Shown: positions 14,485 through 29,640 of the stretch, piece after piece
Numbering within the stretch: the stretch's first letter is position 1
Layout of the letters: each line of letters starts with the position of its first letter
NCBI RefSeq assembly: GCF_006345805.1
Contig: NC_043005.1
Coordinates: 101,432,001 to 101,496,000 of the forward strand
Source: Octopus sinensis
Lineage: Eukaryota
Length of the DNA: 64,000 nt
Direction of reading: 5' to 3'
The notes under the pieces: model-generated
Told to the model about the DNA's origin: nothing
Databases searched by the model: none
What the model saw: the letters and a program-made list of their open reading frames with translations, nothing else
Translations under genes and position numbers: made by a program

Positions 14485-14660
14485 ATAGGGAGAATTCACA
14501 AAAAAAAACAAAAACTGAAGGCAGGTGGTGTGGCCAACAAACAGATGTATTAGTTTAACGCTCAGGAAGTGAAAAATTCTTTAACGTTTTGAGCCTACGC
14601 TCTTCCACAGAAAGAAACAAGGAGAGAAAAGAACGTGTAGTGAGTAGCGATCTATCACGG
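14485..14660 (-). mobile_element. Penelope-like terminal-repeat relic
   Basis: TA-flanked, with a degenerate hammerhead-like motif at 14578-14615 sharing the GAGC/GCTC stem and AAACGTTAAA with the 12356 motif. Confidence 0.45.
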
Positions 14661-15454
14661 CGATATATATATAAACATATAATAATATTCTATATATATG
14701 ATATATGATATTATATAAAACATAAGTAGACACGCATACACACACACGCATACACACACACGCAAACACACACGCAGACATGCATATTTATTAATCACTG
14801 TGGGATTAAAAGGAGTGGGGGTCGTCTATGTGAAGTGAGAAAGGAGCGGGGAAGAGATAAAGAGGGAGGGGGAAGAAGAGATGATGAGAAATGTGTGTAG
14901 AAGGAAGTGTTTTTCCAGTCTTCCACTATCATCATCATCATCATCATCATCATTATCATCACCGCCATCACCACCAATCGTGTGTGTGTGCGTGTGTGTA
15001 CGTATACGCTCACACACTTGCACATGGACAAATGTATGCACACACAAATACCCGTACACACACACACATGCGCACGTATGTACAAAGGCATAACTCGCGC
15101 GCGCGCGCTGCTAAGGAAAATAATTTTTGAAAAATTATTAAATAATCTGATGTCGCTAAAGTTATGACATGAAAATATTTTAAAAGTTCTTTTTTCTTTC
15201 TCGTCATTTTTGGTTAGGGTGGTTGTAGGGGTGGGTAGTTGCGGGGGTGGGTATTATTAGGGGTGGGTGGTGGAAGACTTATTGTTGTTGTCTTGATGTC
15301 GTTGTGGCCTTCATTGGTGGCGGTTGTAGTTAACGGTAGGGTGCGTGTGTGTGGCGTGTGCGTGCGTGTGTGTGTGTTTGTCTTTACATATCTACTCTGC
15401 CTGCACCTCCCTCTTCTCTCCCTTCCTTCCTCTTTCACTCTGTCTCTCTCTTCC

Positions 15455-15489
<35 letters not shown>

Positions 15490-15745
15490 CTCTCCCCGCC
15501 ACTGTTTTCCTATCCGTCTTTCTCTCTAGCAGTCTCTCCATATTTCTTAATTATGATCATCCTCCAACCACTCCTCTCCTTTTCCTGCCCTCCCCCTGTC
15601 TCTCTCGCTCTTCTTTCTCCATCTGACTATCTCTACGGATGTGTGCGTGTGTTTGTGTGTGTGTGTGTATGTATGTGTGTATATATATGTGTATGTGTGT
15701 CTGTGTGTGTATATATGTGTATATATATATGTATATATATTTATG

Positions 15746-15786
<41 letters not shown>

Positions 15787-15945
15787 CATATATGTATATA
15801 TCCATATACATACATATATATACATATACATAGATATATACTTATATATATACACATAGACATACATATACACATATATATATACACAGACACACTCCTC
15901 AACACTCGTATTTCGTATATCAGTTTCTCCGTCAACCATAGTCTT

Positions 15946-15984
<39 letters not shown>

Positions 15985-16765
15985 CACTCTCTTCTTTCCC
16001 TTCTTCTCTCTATGACCCACCCACCCCTATAACACCACCACTCCACCATGCCACCATCCTACTTCCACCTCCACGCACACATACTTCACTAAGCAACCCT
16101 TATCCCTATCCCCTATTATGCGCCTCCTCCAGCCCCACACACTTCAAACCCCTAAATTTCCCTACCTCTACCCACCCTCACCCACCCAGTACGCCCACAC
16201 ACATCACCCCATCCACTCCCTTTCATTGCACTGCACAGAGTGCATTCCCCTTCACACACACACACACACGACACACACGACAAAACTACTGTGTACCACC
16301 TCACGCTCTATATTACCACACACACACACACACACATACACATATATACATATATACACACTACAAATACTCTACATACCTCTATATATACACTTCCTCA
16401 AGCATTTTTATTTTCTAGCAAATATTCCGAAAGAAGTCGGAAATTTGTTCATATAGTACGCGCGCACGCATGGTCACACACACACAACACACACACACAC
16501 ACTCACATGCACACATTCGCGCACATATATATATAATACATGATACACTCACACACAGATTTAATTTCTAAAGCGAATGGATCTTCGTTGGCTGCGACGA
16601 TGACTCCTCCAGTCGTGGCATGAAATGATCCGACAACTCATTGTGAGTCAGTGAAGGAAAATTCCAGACACGGACACCTTTAACCTATTGCTTTAGTAGA
16701 ACTATAACATGTGTGTGTGTGTGTATTCATATATGCATGTATATACGTGAGCGGGTGTATATATA

Positions 16766-16801
<36 letters not shown>

Positions 16802-17359
16802 ATATATGTGTGTGTGTGTGTGTGCATATATAAACTATATGATCTTCAACAATGCATCATTTCGATTTTAATATAATCGTTGATTCGAGTAAATGTCATT
16901 TCGATCAATTGTGTTTTCGTTCAATTGTTTCCGATTATTTGTATTTCAACCAACTCTCTTCAATATACTGACCCTGAGCCTATAAATCACCCCACACACA
17001 CACTCATCCTCATATGTAGCATATTTCACAGGTCAGTATTAAAATTTTTCGAAGAAGTGGCGGGAATTTGTTTCATTCCACTTCTGCCCATGTTGTTTCG
17101 ATGAATGCTTGCTGACATAAACACCACTACGCGTGTCAAGCATTCAGAACAATGAGGACCATCGCTGAACGGCTCATAAAGGGCGAAGTCCACTAACAAA
17201 TGTTTGAAGCACAAGGATATCGAGTCCTACGTGATGAGAAGAGGGCTGTTTGTTTGGCAAGACCCGAGAGAGCTAAGGATGTGATCCCAACATTACGTTA
17301 ACTCCAAGCTTCCTTGATCTGAATCTACGCGGACGTTTTGGCTGGCATGTGTTGTTTTT

Positions 17360-17619
17360 ATTTATTTATGCACCCTTTTCAAGCCTAGCCAGGCTCGTGG
17401 GCCTGGTTTCTCAGTTTCTGTGGCGTATGTGTTCCTCCCCAGCTGGACCGGACGCCAGTCCATCGCAGCGTTACTCAAGAAACAGGAAGAGAGAGTAAGA
17501 GAAAGTTGGGGCGAAAGAGTACAACAGGGGTTGCCACCACCCCCTGCCGGTGCCTCGTGGAGCTTTTAGGTGTTTTCGCTCAATAAACACATACAACGCC
17601 CGGTCTGGGAATCGAAACC
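17360..17619 (-). mobile_element. SINE family C, 5'-truncated, alternative tail
   Basis: 17480-17619 aligns with 23487-23617; the remainder differs. Confidence 0.72.
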
Positions 17620-17766
17620 TTAGATACTAAAATGGGTTCCTTAGATACTAACATGGGCCCCTTAGATACTAAAATGGGCTCCTTAGATATTAAAATGGGC
17701 TCCTTAGATACTAACATGGGCCCCTTAGATACTAACATGGGTCATTAGATACTAATATGGGCCCCC
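17618..17766. repeat. minisatellite, ~7 copies of a 21-bp unit
   Basis: Unit CCTTAGATACTAA(A/C)ATGGG(C/T)(C/T) repeated head-to-tail with no spacers. Confidence 0.95.
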
Positions 17767-17902
17767 ATATATGGATTTAAATGGCGCAGGGGTCCAGTTG
17801 CCATCGGTCAAGCTGGCAACCTGGCTAGTCTGCCATTCGTCTGTGGGCAGTTTTGTTGACCAACCTGTGTTTTTTTTATTGTATTTGTACGAGTGTCTAG
17901 TT

Positions 17903-18142
17903 CAGAGCTTCTCAACCGGGGTCCACAATAGGACTTTGGAGTTCACGAATGCAATATAGCAAAGTACAGGTCAACAGATATTTTTCAGGAGCCATGGAAA
18001 AACAGTACTTCAGACTGGTTAAGTTTATTAGCAATAAATCGGTTCTACGGCCACAATGTACAAGATATTTCAACATAGGAGGGTCCACCACTTAAAACTG
18101 GAACCTAAAGAGTCCATAGTTAAAAGTGGTTGAAGACCCCTG
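17903..18142. mobile_element. hAT (Charlie-like) MITE
   Basis: Imperfect TIRs CAGAGCTTCTCAACC / GGTTGAAGACCCCTG; 8-bp TSD GTCTAGTT / ATCTAGTT (7/8 match). Confidence 0.75.
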
Positions 18143-18235
18143 ATCTAGTTGAACGTTTTTTTAAGAAGTGCATTGGGTTTTTTTATGTCTTTTTATTTTG
18201 TTTCGCTTGGTTCTCGATTGCCTCATGTTCCCTGC

Positions 18236-19062
18236 CTACATGCATACATGCATGCATGCATACACACATGCATACACATACATACATACATACATACATA
18301 CATGCATACACACATACATACATAATACATACATACATACATACATACATACATACATACATACATGCATACACACATACATGCATACACACATACATAC
18401 ATACATACATACATACATACAAACATGCATACATACACACATACATACATACATACATACATACATACTACATACATACATGCATACACACATACATGCA
18501 TACACACATACATACATACATACATACATACATACATACATACATACAAACATGCATACATACACACATACATACATACATACATACATACATACATGCA
18601 TACACACATACATACATACATACATACATACATACATGCATACACACATACATGCATACACACATACACACATACATACATACATACATACATACATACA
18701 AACATGCATACATACACACATACATACATACATACATGCATACACACATACATACATACATACATACATACATACATACATACATACATGCATACACACA
18801 TACATACATACATACATACATACATACATACATACATGCATACACACATACATGCATACACACATACATACATAATACATACATACATACATACATACAT
18901 ACATACATACATGCATACACACATACATACATACATACATACATACAAACATGCATACATACACACATACATACATACATACATACATACATACATACAT
19001 ACATGCACACACACATACATACATACATACATACATACACACATACATACAAACATACACGC
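18236..19062. repeat. (TACA)n microsatellite with recurrent variant units
   Basis: Directly visible. Confidence 0.97.
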
Positions 19063-19084
19063 AAGCATGTGTGTGTGTGTGTGT

Positions 19085-19291
19085 GTGTGTTTGTGTGTCT
19101 GTGTTTGCCCCCACCCCAACATCGCTTGACAACCGATGCTGGTGTGTTTACATCGCAAAAAGTTCGGCGAAAGAGACCAATAGAATAAGTACTAGGCTTA
19201 GAAAGTCCTGGGGTCGATTTGCTCGACTCAAGTCGGTGCTCCAGCTTGGCCGTAGTCAAATGACTGAAACAAGTAAAAGAGAGTAAAAAGA

Positions 19292-19292
<1 letters not shown>
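19085..19292 (+). mobile_element. SINE family A, 3' half
   Basis: Matches the 3' half of 14058-14459 (cttgacaaccgatgctggtgtg...gactgaaacaagtaaaagag). Confidence 0.8.
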
Positions 19293-19338
<46 letters not shown>

Positions 19339-20022
19339 TGTGTTTTAAATATGCGAATATATATGTGTGTTTGTGTGTATGTGGGGGGGGGGTTAAATAT
19401 ACAAATATATATTTGAGCACACATTTATTTAACCCGGCACATACACAACTATTTAGGCATTCTCATATGCATATGAAAGAAAAAGCATCCATACAAATAT
19501 GTATACACATATACACATATATACATATACACTCATGCCCCCATTCATACACACATACACACACGTACATATGGATGCATTTAATTTAGAATCACGTTCT
19601 AACCTCGGGCGAGATTCTGTCTTTCAAAGATTCGGCTAAGTTCGTTGTACATGCGCAGATAAAAATCTAGCAATAGAACGATTCACGTGACTATTATTAT
19701 CAAATGAAAATGTGATAAGTTAGCATTGATTTCAGAATGGAAAGAAAATTCTTTGAACAAAACTGGAAATCATTTAGAATACAACGGAAACTTCTGAGAG
19801 TAACAAAGGAGATGGGAAAGAGAGTAGCATTATGCGTGTGTTTGTGTCGAGGGGGTGTGCGCGCGTGTGTGTATGTGTGAGGGTGCGGGTACGTAAGTGT
19901 GTGTGTGTGTATGAATATGTGTGTGTCTGCATGTCTGCATCGGTGTGTGTTTGTGTATGTGTGTATGACTGCGTATACGAGCATAGGTCGAAGTGTGTGT
20001 GTGTGTGTGTGTGTGTATACGA

Positions 20023-20177
<155 letters not shown>

Positions 20178-23100
20178 TGTTGTCAGTGTGTGTGTGTGCA
20201 TGAGTTTGTGTCGCTGTGTTTGTGAGTTGGTGTATGTGTGTATGTGCGCATGGTTGTCCATACTTGTACATATGCTTCAATATTGTTAGAATTACAGAGA
20301 ATAATAAGTCCTTCCAAGCAATATTAATACAATAGAGATACAATATGGCAGAAGTCCGTTATAAGTCGACGCACGGAACAATGGAATTAAAATTACCATA
20401 TTGTACAATATGATAGAAGACAATTGAGGTGGCTACAAATACAATACAATAGAAGAGAGAACAATAACAACAATAATATATATATATATGTGTGTGCGTG
20501 TGCGTGTGTGTGTATGTATGTATGTATGTATGTATGTATGTATGTATGTATGTAGTTGTGTGTGCAGAGTGCCATACACTAGTTGGTGAGTCAAAAATAA
20601 TTAATAATTAATTGAAATTAAGACACTATTGAAAAGAAAGCTTTTACTGTTAATGGAAATTTATTCTCAAAAGGGGGAAGGGAGAGAACTCTCAGAATTA
20701 TATTTAATTTAAATGAAGTTGTGAAATTAGGGGTAGACTGAGCCTGAGTCATTGGTAACCATGGTGACCATTCTAAGCAAGTTATTGGATGTCCACAGTG
20801 AAGTATTAACTACACAATAGCTACCAAGATATCAGCTGTTGGCTAAAGAAAACAGCTATAAACAGAAGAAAGGCCTACGTTGTAAATAGAATTGATTCCG
20901 TAATTTAGGAGAGTAACAGTTGTAAAAATGATATAGCAGATAAATCTGTACTGTCATCGTCACAATGAAATGACGTTAAAGCGTAAAGACCCCAAGGTGC
21001 TTTTGTGATGTCACAATGGCACGGTAGTAACATCGTAACCACTTGATTATGACGTTGCTAAACAGTATTGCGTGTGTAACAGTTCGCTTAGTAACACATG
21101 TCGTCCGGACAAGTTTGACAAAATCCATCACTTCATCCTCCTTCCCAAATGAGAAAAGGAAAGAAAGAAGGAAAAGAAAAACAGAGATAAAGAGAGGAAG
21201 ATGAGGGCTGGTGAGATTGAGGGGAGGAGATAGGGGGGACTGTGGCTCTACTTAGATCATTAATTGCTTAATCTGATTAGTTTAAGTGAACACATTAATC
21301 CGACACCTTCACCGACCGACAGCCAAAACAAATCCATCGATTTTTTTTAATAGTTAATTTGCCGTTCTAGATTGGATACCAACAGCTTTTAACCGAGGGT
21401 GTCTCCCACACACTCACCCTAACATAAACATGCATACAACTGTATACGACATACACATACACACACACAAGTATTTTCATTTATGCATGTATATATGTAT
21501 ACGTATGATGTGTGTGCTGTCTTAGTAAGCAAGATAGACAATGTCTACCAAGACTTAAACCATAAGTTTTGGTTTTTCTACGGAATCTTGCATACCATTA
21601 TATAATATATGTTGCCTGTTCACTCGTAGAAATAATACAAGAAACGAATTTTCAAAAATAACAACGAGTCTATATTCCTCCGTTGAATAACACAGCGGAC
21701 CAAATAAAACATCATGAATTCTGATAGTTGTATAGTTCATCCATTATTTGAATAATTCAGCTCGGGTCGTCGCTGGTTACATGTTATATTAATTTTATAT
21801 TAATTAATATAATTAATGTTATATTAATTTTGTTCTCCGTTATATTAATTTTGCTCTGGTGAATAACGGCAGAAAAACATGACTCGCCTTCACCCCTCTC
21901 TGCTAGATAAAAGCTCAGTACAGCCCTAAAAAGCCCTCGCATTTGTTTTTGTTATGCCAGCAGTGACTTTAATCTCATATCTTTAGCAAGCAGCGAATCC
22001 CCCGAAAAGAACCATCGGACAAATCTTTTGACGTTATAAAGCCGAATGCTGATTTTCCTGTGCCTCGAGAGAAAAGTCCACGCAGTTAAAACCCAGTTTT
22101 CCCAATATTCTACTCATTTTCTGATGTGCATCTTCTTTGACCCTGCCCAAATATTCTACCTTTTGTTATGTTCATACCAACCAGAACCAGCCTCTCACAC
22201 CTACACTACAATGTCATTCTAAAAGTATGCAATCACATCATTGAGATCCCAAAGCCTTGATACCGCATAATTAATTCAGACCAATTATAAATGAATAAGC
22301 ATTACATTTGACAGAGTTTTAGCGAAGTGGGTTAAGCGTGTCTCTAACGCTGGTATAATTACAAGTCCTTGGTTCTAATGAGACTTGTATAAAACATTGG
22401 AAAGAAATACAAGAAAACGAGTTACAATTATCTGCTACGTTTTATTCAACTGCTAAATGAATTTGTACAACAACTGGTTTGTTACATAATGATGATACTG
22501 TCTGAAGGAAGTAGATATATTTGCTTCTCAAATAAACCGGAACTTGATGTGTGCTGGGCAGACAGGAACAGAAATGCGTGACAGCCCTTCTTGCAGTCTC
22601 TCAGGCAGGTGCACGGTAAACAGTAACACACGTTGTGCGTCAAATCTCTCCTCTCTGAACCAAGTTGGAGGAAATTCCTTTATTATCGATACCATCAGAC
22701 TCCAGAGAGCAAAGAATATTTTGCCGCGCTGGGTTGGTCTGTCAAGTGATCCGATTGGACAACTAACGTATCTAAATCTCAACAGTAGACTTGGTCAATG
22801 TGTTACACCATCATATGACCAGGTCACGTGACCAATCGAAGAAAACCTGTGTATGAGCCATTTTCTGATTATTCTTTTTGTATAATCGTAAGAATTCCCA
22901 AGTGTAGAATACAAATTCGCAAAAATTTCCTGAAAATTCCAAAACGCAACAAAAAAAAAAGGTTATGAAGGGTTATATGTCGTGCGTAAAGCAGAAGTTG
23001 ATTTATTTACAGTTTCATATCAAAACACGTCACGCACAAAATGAGTTTCCAAATCTTGTTTTCTGACTCGGTGAAAATTATCAAACTTTCAACTTCTTTA

Positions 23101-23264
23101 GCTTTTTTTTTTTTTTAATTAAGTGAAGTTTCTCCTGAAATTCAGCTTGGAAAACAACATTAATACACCAAATTTTAAAATTTTCAATAAGCTTTGAAAT
23201 TTCCGCAGCGGCATTCAAGCAGAAAAAACCCAGGCCCTCCTCTCCCCATCCCTTCTCCGTAATC

Positions 23265-23669
23265 TACTGGTGCGAGCTCAGAGCAATAAGTAAAGTATTG
23301 TTGGTGCTGCTTCGTCCCAGAGCTCGCAAGATCGCGTCTCTGTAGTGGGAGAAGTCCGAAACGTGGTCCTTTGCTATTCGTAAGACCCGCAGAAGAGAAA
23401 GCAGGTCAACCCCCGACACCGAGAGCATCGACGGATGGATGAATGCGCATCCAGGCTCAGCGGTTGCGTAGGAAGTCGGGGACAAGAAACAGGAAGAAAG
23501 AGTGAGAGAAAGTTGGAGCGAAAGAGTACAACAGGGGTCGCTACCACCCCCTGCTTGGAGCTTTAGGTGTTTTCATTCAATAAACACACACAACACCCGG
23601 TCTGAGAATCGAAACCGCGATCCTCCGACCGCGAGTCCGCGGCCCTAACCACTGGGCCATTGCGCCTCT
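23265..23669 (-). mobile_element. tRNA-derived SINE, family C
   Basis: Minus-strand head GGCGCAATGGCCCAGTGGTTAGGGC...GGTTTCGATTC (A and B boxes). Middle shared with 17360-17619. Confidence 0.8.
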
Positions 23670-23952
23670 TGTTGGGCAGCCGTTGGTTTTGTTGCTATTA
23701 ATAGTTACGAAATCGTAAATTTTGAAATATAAAAACAATCCGGATTCTGTGTGTGTGTCATGTTTGTATCATAAATATCATAGTTTTATATAACTGTAAG
23801 GCTGTAGGGACTTCAGATACGTGTCTCCATGCTAAGAGAACAATAACTAACCAATCACCTTGATTTCTTTTATTTGGGCAGATGGCCCTTATAAAGAGGG
23901 GACATCACAAGAACAGACAAAACAAGACATTGGGGTACATATAAAACACATA

Positions 23953-24188
23953 AAGGCGGTGAGGAGCTGGCAGAAACGTCAGCGCGCCGGGCGAAATACT
24001 TAGCGGTATTTCGTCTGCCGTTACGTTCTGAGTTCAAATTCCGTCGAGGTCGACTTTGCCTTTCATCCTTTTGGGGTCGATTAAATAAGTACCAGCTACG
24101 CACTGGGGTCGATATAATCGACTTAATCCGTTTGTCTGTCCTTGTTTGTTCCCTCTGTGTTTAGCCCCTTGTCGGTAGTAAAGAAATA
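23953..24188 (+). mobile_element. SINE family B
   Basis: Near-identical to the copies at 24684, 29721, 33446 and 34704. Confidence 0.88.
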
Positions 24189-24683
24189 CATATAACACAC
24201 ATATCGAATGGACTATGATAAAAAAAAAAATGAGGATGAGATGGCTTACTCGCCTCCCAAAGCAAGCACCATATAAATTTGTATCTTGACCATTTGAAGC
24301 ACTCTTCTTTGATTGGTTAATTTTTGTTTTTCGGTATAGCCCACTAGTTGTATGAATACGTAGTAGTAGTCAGTGAAACCGTATTCACTGAGTCCACAGC
24401 TTGATACACCGTTGGTATTGTGACTATCTGAAGGCAGGAGAAACAGCACGAACGACTGAAGATTTTTAACAATGCCCTTAATTAGCTATGGTTTGTTTTC
24501 TCAGCGAGTCGACCGAGATTGTTCGCAGTGACCGGTACCAATGATAATCGGAAGGGAAATTCTATGAAAGCTCCAGTGCCAACCGTCCGTCAGATGACGG
24601 GAAATTTGGGAAGTAGACTTTTGCTAACATCAATAATATCAGCAAATATGGCTTCTTTACGATAATTGTAATTTAACTGTTAT

Positions 24684-24896
24684 AAGGTGGCGAGCTTGCA
24701 GAAATTCTAAGCGGTATTTCGTCTGCCGTTACGTTCTGAGTTCAAATTCCGCCGAGGTCGACTTTGCCTTTCATCCTTTCGGGGTCGATAAATTAAGTAC
24801 TAGTTTCGCACTGGGGTCGATGTAATCGACTTAATCCCTTTGTCTGTCCTTGTTTGTCCCCTCTATGTTTAGCCCCTTGCGGGTAGTAAAGAAATA
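24684..24896 (+). mobile_element. SINE family B
   Basis: Same consensus with a short internal deletion in the head. Confidence 0.86.
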
Positions 24897-25205
24897 TACA
24901 ATTTAACTGTTATCAGATTTCTTTGTTCTTATTCAAAATAAAGAAATGAGTGAGGACCAATATTTATTTGAAACATTTCCTCCTCCACCCCATCATCATC
25001 CTTCTCCTCCTCTTCCGCCTACTCCTTCTTCATCTCTGCCTCCTTCTTCTCCTCCTCCTTTTCCTATATATATCACTCTTTCTCTCTCACTCTGGTGCAA
25101 TGTGTGTCGCCTTGCACCAAGTCTTGTGTATGTATTCCTCCTTACTTTATAGTAATTATCTCTCTATTACTCACTCACTCACTCACTCTCTCTCTCACTC
25201 ACTCC

Positions 25206-25265
<60 letters not shown>

Positions 25266-26444
25266 ACTCCCGCCTTCTCTCTATACGAGCGTGACTGAAG
25301 AAGTCAACCAATCAACCAACCAGCCAATCTATTTCGGTGTCTATTATTAAATAGAGATATTCTACTCGGTTTGTTGTGTTTATATTCCCAGAACGAAAGT
25401 TGTGTCAGTCTCGTTATCTGCTTATTAATGAGAAAACATGACGTTTGTTGTTATTTCAGAAATATGAGAAAACCATCATACAGTTTGGCAATTCTGAAGA
25501 TACAATGTTTGTATCTAAAATACAACTGATATTTTGTAAAAACGGATAATTTCTATGTATTTGATGTTATAACCGTAACAAATATCTCATAAATCAAATA
25601 AATTTTTGATTTATTAAAACGATCTCCGCCTCTAGGAGATAGTAAATGACAATTGTGGCTATCTCCATATAAAAAGGGGAAATAATCTAAAGAATAAAGA
25701 ATTCTCCAAAGTTGGCACGGCATTAAAGAAAAGGACAGGGTTATTGTCCGGAGATAAAAGAACAGCGATGGCAGATATTTTCCGTGAAATCTCCTTCACT
25801 GGGAGAGGGAAGTTCTATGGCACTTATGTTTCATCTTTAAAACAGGACGGGACTACAAACGAAAGCCCAAATTGTATATGATATACTTGCCTATAAAATA
25901 CTGTCTGCTGTATTTTAGAAGACGTAACTATCGGTAATATGTGGTTGGGTGAGTGACTACGAGTCTTCAAATCCACACGACTTTGCAAGACGACAGTCAA
26001 CTGTATCAGGCAGAGAATGCCAAGAAGACCTTAGAACTTAGCATCGAAGGTAGATGGATTAACTGCTAAACATGTGACAGGAAAAGCCACTTAAGGACAT
26101 CCTGCATAGAAGGCCTGAAAGAGCACAAGCACCAAAGTTAAATCGTAGAGGTTGCCGATCCAAAAGCAACTCTGTGGGTCGGCAAATAAACTGACTTTTC
26201 TTGTTGAGTGAGGTAAGCCAAGAAATTCCTTTTTCCAACAACGAGGAAAGGTTCTGACAGAAGGAAGAAAGATAACTAAGCGGCCAGGAAGAACCCTCTC
26301 CTGGCAGAAAGTAGAGAAGATGCTTCCTCGAAAACGTGAGGTACACGGATCGATACAAAGGGTCGCTTAAAACCTATATAAATATCCTTTTAATTATTAC
26401 GCGTTTTATCATACTTTTTTTTATCTTCTTTTACTCTTCATTCT

Positions 26445-26828
26445 TTTATTCTTTTACTTGTTTCAGTCATTTGACTGCGGCCATGCTGGAGCACCGCTTT
26501 TGTCGAGCGACTCGACCCCAGGACTTATTCTTTGGAAGCCTAGTACGTATTCTATCGGTTTACGGGGACGTAAACACACCACCATAGGTTGTCAAGTGAT
26601 GTTGGAGGGATAAACACAGACACATAAACACACAGATATATATATATATATTCTTTTATTTTTTTCAGTCACTTGATTGCGGACATGCTGGAGCACCGCC
26701 TTTTGTCGAGCAAATCGATCACAGGGCTTATTCTTTGTAAGCCTAGCACTTATTCTATCGGTGTCTTTTGCCGAGCCGCTAAGTGATGGGGACATAAACA
26801 CACCAGCGTCAGTTGTCAAACGCATACG

Positions 26829-26868
<40 letters not shown>

Positions 26869-27058
26869 ATATATATATATATATATTATATATATATATA
26901 TACAACAGGATTCTTTCAGTTTCCGTCTACCAAATCCACTCACAAGGCTTTGGTCAGCCCGAAGCTATAGTAGAAGACACACAGTGCCACACAGTGAGAC
27001 TGAACCCGGAACCGTGTGGTTGGTAAGCAAACTACTTACCACACAGCCATTCCTGCGC
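26445..27058 (-). mobile_element. SINE family A, reverse orientation with duplicated 3' half
   Basis: Reverse complement of family A; the 3' half occurs twice (~26445-26635 and ~26650-26820). A further + strand 3' half follows at ~27125-27360. Confidence 0.82.
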
Positions 27059-27918
27059 CTAACACACGCACATACACACACACACACACACATATACATA
27101 CACACGCACACGTGTGCATATACATCCTTGTGTCTGTGTTTGGCCCCATCATCGATTGACAACCGGTGTTAGAGTGTTTACTACCACCAGCGACAGCACC
27201 ACCACCCGCAACTTAGCGGTTCGGCAAAAGAATTCGATATAATAAGTTCTAGGATTTAAAAAATATATATAAGTACTAGTTTCGATTTATTCTACTAAAA
27301 ATCCTTCTAGGTGATGCCCCATCATGGCCGCAGTCTAACGGCTGAAACAAATAAAAATATAATATGGAAGATGAAAGATTAACGATGAAGGTAAGGTATG
27401 AAGTGAAGTAATTTGATTGTTATTTCTACCTATTTCTGTGATGAACTGAATACCTGACACAATTCTCAGGTGAGGTTAAAATCCTTTCCGTTCAGTATAC
27501 CGCGCTGTTCTATAATGCAACGCCGTGTACAAAATCATTAATTAATTCGTAGATGAAAGCTGAGGCCGCCATATTTTCTATCGATTATTTACCTGACTTG
27601 AACGTTAAATCTTTGCTTGAAATGTGTCAGCGAACCAGCTGTTATTTCTTTGTGTTTTGCAGCGCACGCGCGAACGCACGCACACACACGCGCGCGCAGA
27701 CTGATTGACTCCTACACACATACATATGTGAAATGCTTTTGTAGACATGTACAAAAATAAAGAATGTACATATACATGACACGCACGTAGTATGTATGTC
27801 ATTATTCGGTTTGATTTGAAGATGTCTTGCCAATAGAGAAAGAATCGGTTTCTAACCCAGATCTAAAGTTCCTACCTTGGAATTTCAACAACAACAACAG
27901 GGTATGTATGTATGTATG

Positions 27919-27970
<52 letters not shown>

Positions 27971-28080
27971 TTTGTGAAATTTGATTTAGTTTTTCTAAAT
28001 TGAATTTTCCCCTGTAAGTTTGGAATAATATTCCCTTATATTATTATATATATATATGTACATTTGTGTGTGTGTGTGTG

Positions 28081-28116
<36 letters not shown>

Positions 28117-28479
28117 ATGTAAGCTTACGTACATGCATTTATACAATATGCAACAGGTATAACTCTAAGAACAACTGGTCAATGAGCAACTTGAGTGTGA
28201 GGTGGATTGTGGTCTGTGGCAAATTCACACACACACACACAAACACACACACACAGAGGTATACATACGCACACACGCGCGCACACATACGCACTCATAT
28301 ACGCACACACATTCTACACATCATCACACAGGACAAACCAATCAATAACTTGTATTTAGATTACTAAATTTAATTTTCGATTGGCCAACAAAAACATTCC
28401 AATCGCAACAAGTTCATTCAGGTTTCCCAATCTTTCGTTTGTATCGGGAAATGTGATGAATGTTTTCATCGACTTAATC

Positions 28480-28576
28480 TCTTCTTCTTCTTCTTCTTCT
28501 TCTTCTTCTTCTTCTTTCTTCTTCTTCTTCTTCTTCTTCTTCTTCTCCTCCTCCTCCTCCTCCTCCTCCTCCTCCT
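28480..28576. repeat. (TTC)n(TCC)n trinucleotide repeat
   Basis: Directly visible. Confidence 0.97.
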
Positions 28577-29640
28577 TTTTTTAAGTCTTATTTTTATTAC
28601 ATAAAAAACGAATACTCTTAAAGTAAAGAAACAGATAATATTTGACAAACTTTAACGTCTGTCGCATTTGCTTCCAGGAAAAAAGACATTTCTTTTTCAG
28701 TAAGTCCATCTGCTGCCAACACCCACTCCAGGGGTCGTAGGCGTCTCGTCATTCTGTGACTGATAGTGCTTGAGTAAGCACAAAGGTTGCGACATCTGCA
28801 AAGATCACAAGGCAGAAGAGCAAGTGTGTTTGTTGTCTTTCTGACATACTTTTTCTACGATAAAGCAGCAATCCTCGGTCAAACGGAAATAGAAGACAGT
28901 TGTAAATATCTTCCCGGTAGGTGAACTACCTTGGCTCACAGTGCAATCTCCTCCTTTTACTGGAGAGTATAAAAGATAAGGGCCTTAGATTATACTCCAA
29001 GTATTAATAATGATTCACTGAAAGAACTTTTCTGGAATAGTCTGTCCCAAACTCTCTAGACTTGCAAAGCTACTGGTATAAGCTGCCGGTTTGGGACAAG
29101 CTCAATAGGCAATTATGTGCCGCGGAATAGAAGGCTCAGAGATATTTTCCTCTGGTGTCTGCGTATCATAGACTGGTAGAACCATGTAGGTCCGTTTCCA
29201 ATGTAGAATGGATTCAGCTAGCAGTCAAGTCACTAGTAAATCAAGTCCCCGACTTGATTTACTGAGGAACAAGCAGTAATTGAAACGGAAAGAACATGGA
29301 GCTTCTCTACTTCAAACGAATTCTCATCAACATCTTTAGGAGTCATCTCAAGTGGAACTCGAAGTTGAGAAAATGTACCTCGAAGAATTTTATGAATAGA
29401 GAATAAAAGCAACTGGATGAGGATGAAAGAACAGATCCTACAGTTTCTCCAGGAAGTCAAACGAATTTGGGTTTTGAGGGTGCCCCATAACTCTGTGACA
29501 GTTAGTTTGTATCAGCTTATACACACAAGCATACATATTTATCTGTATGAGTGATATTATATAGACCAATTGAATTAAAATCAGCTTAATGTTTATAACC
29601 ATGTGTTATACAGGAAAAGAACTAGGGTCCTAGAAACCGT

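Noticed and set aside
16559-16648. GC-richer unique block with AG ... GTGAGT that looked like a + strand exon
   Set aside because: All three + frames contain stops and there is no recognisable protein; a non-coding exon cannot be supported from sequence alone.
17618-17766. Regular short direct repeats resembling a CRISPR array
   Set aside because: No unique spacers, no cas genes and a eukaryotic context; this is a plain minisatellite.
21246-21300. Cluster of TAAT/ATTA homeodomain-like motifs in unique sequence
   Set aside because: Common in AT-rich DNA; an enhancer cannot be called without conservation or chromatin data.
23600-23669. tRNA-like sequence on the minus strand
   Set aside because: No proper acceptor-stem pairing, and it continues into a repeated SINE body; it is a SINE head, not a tRNA gene.
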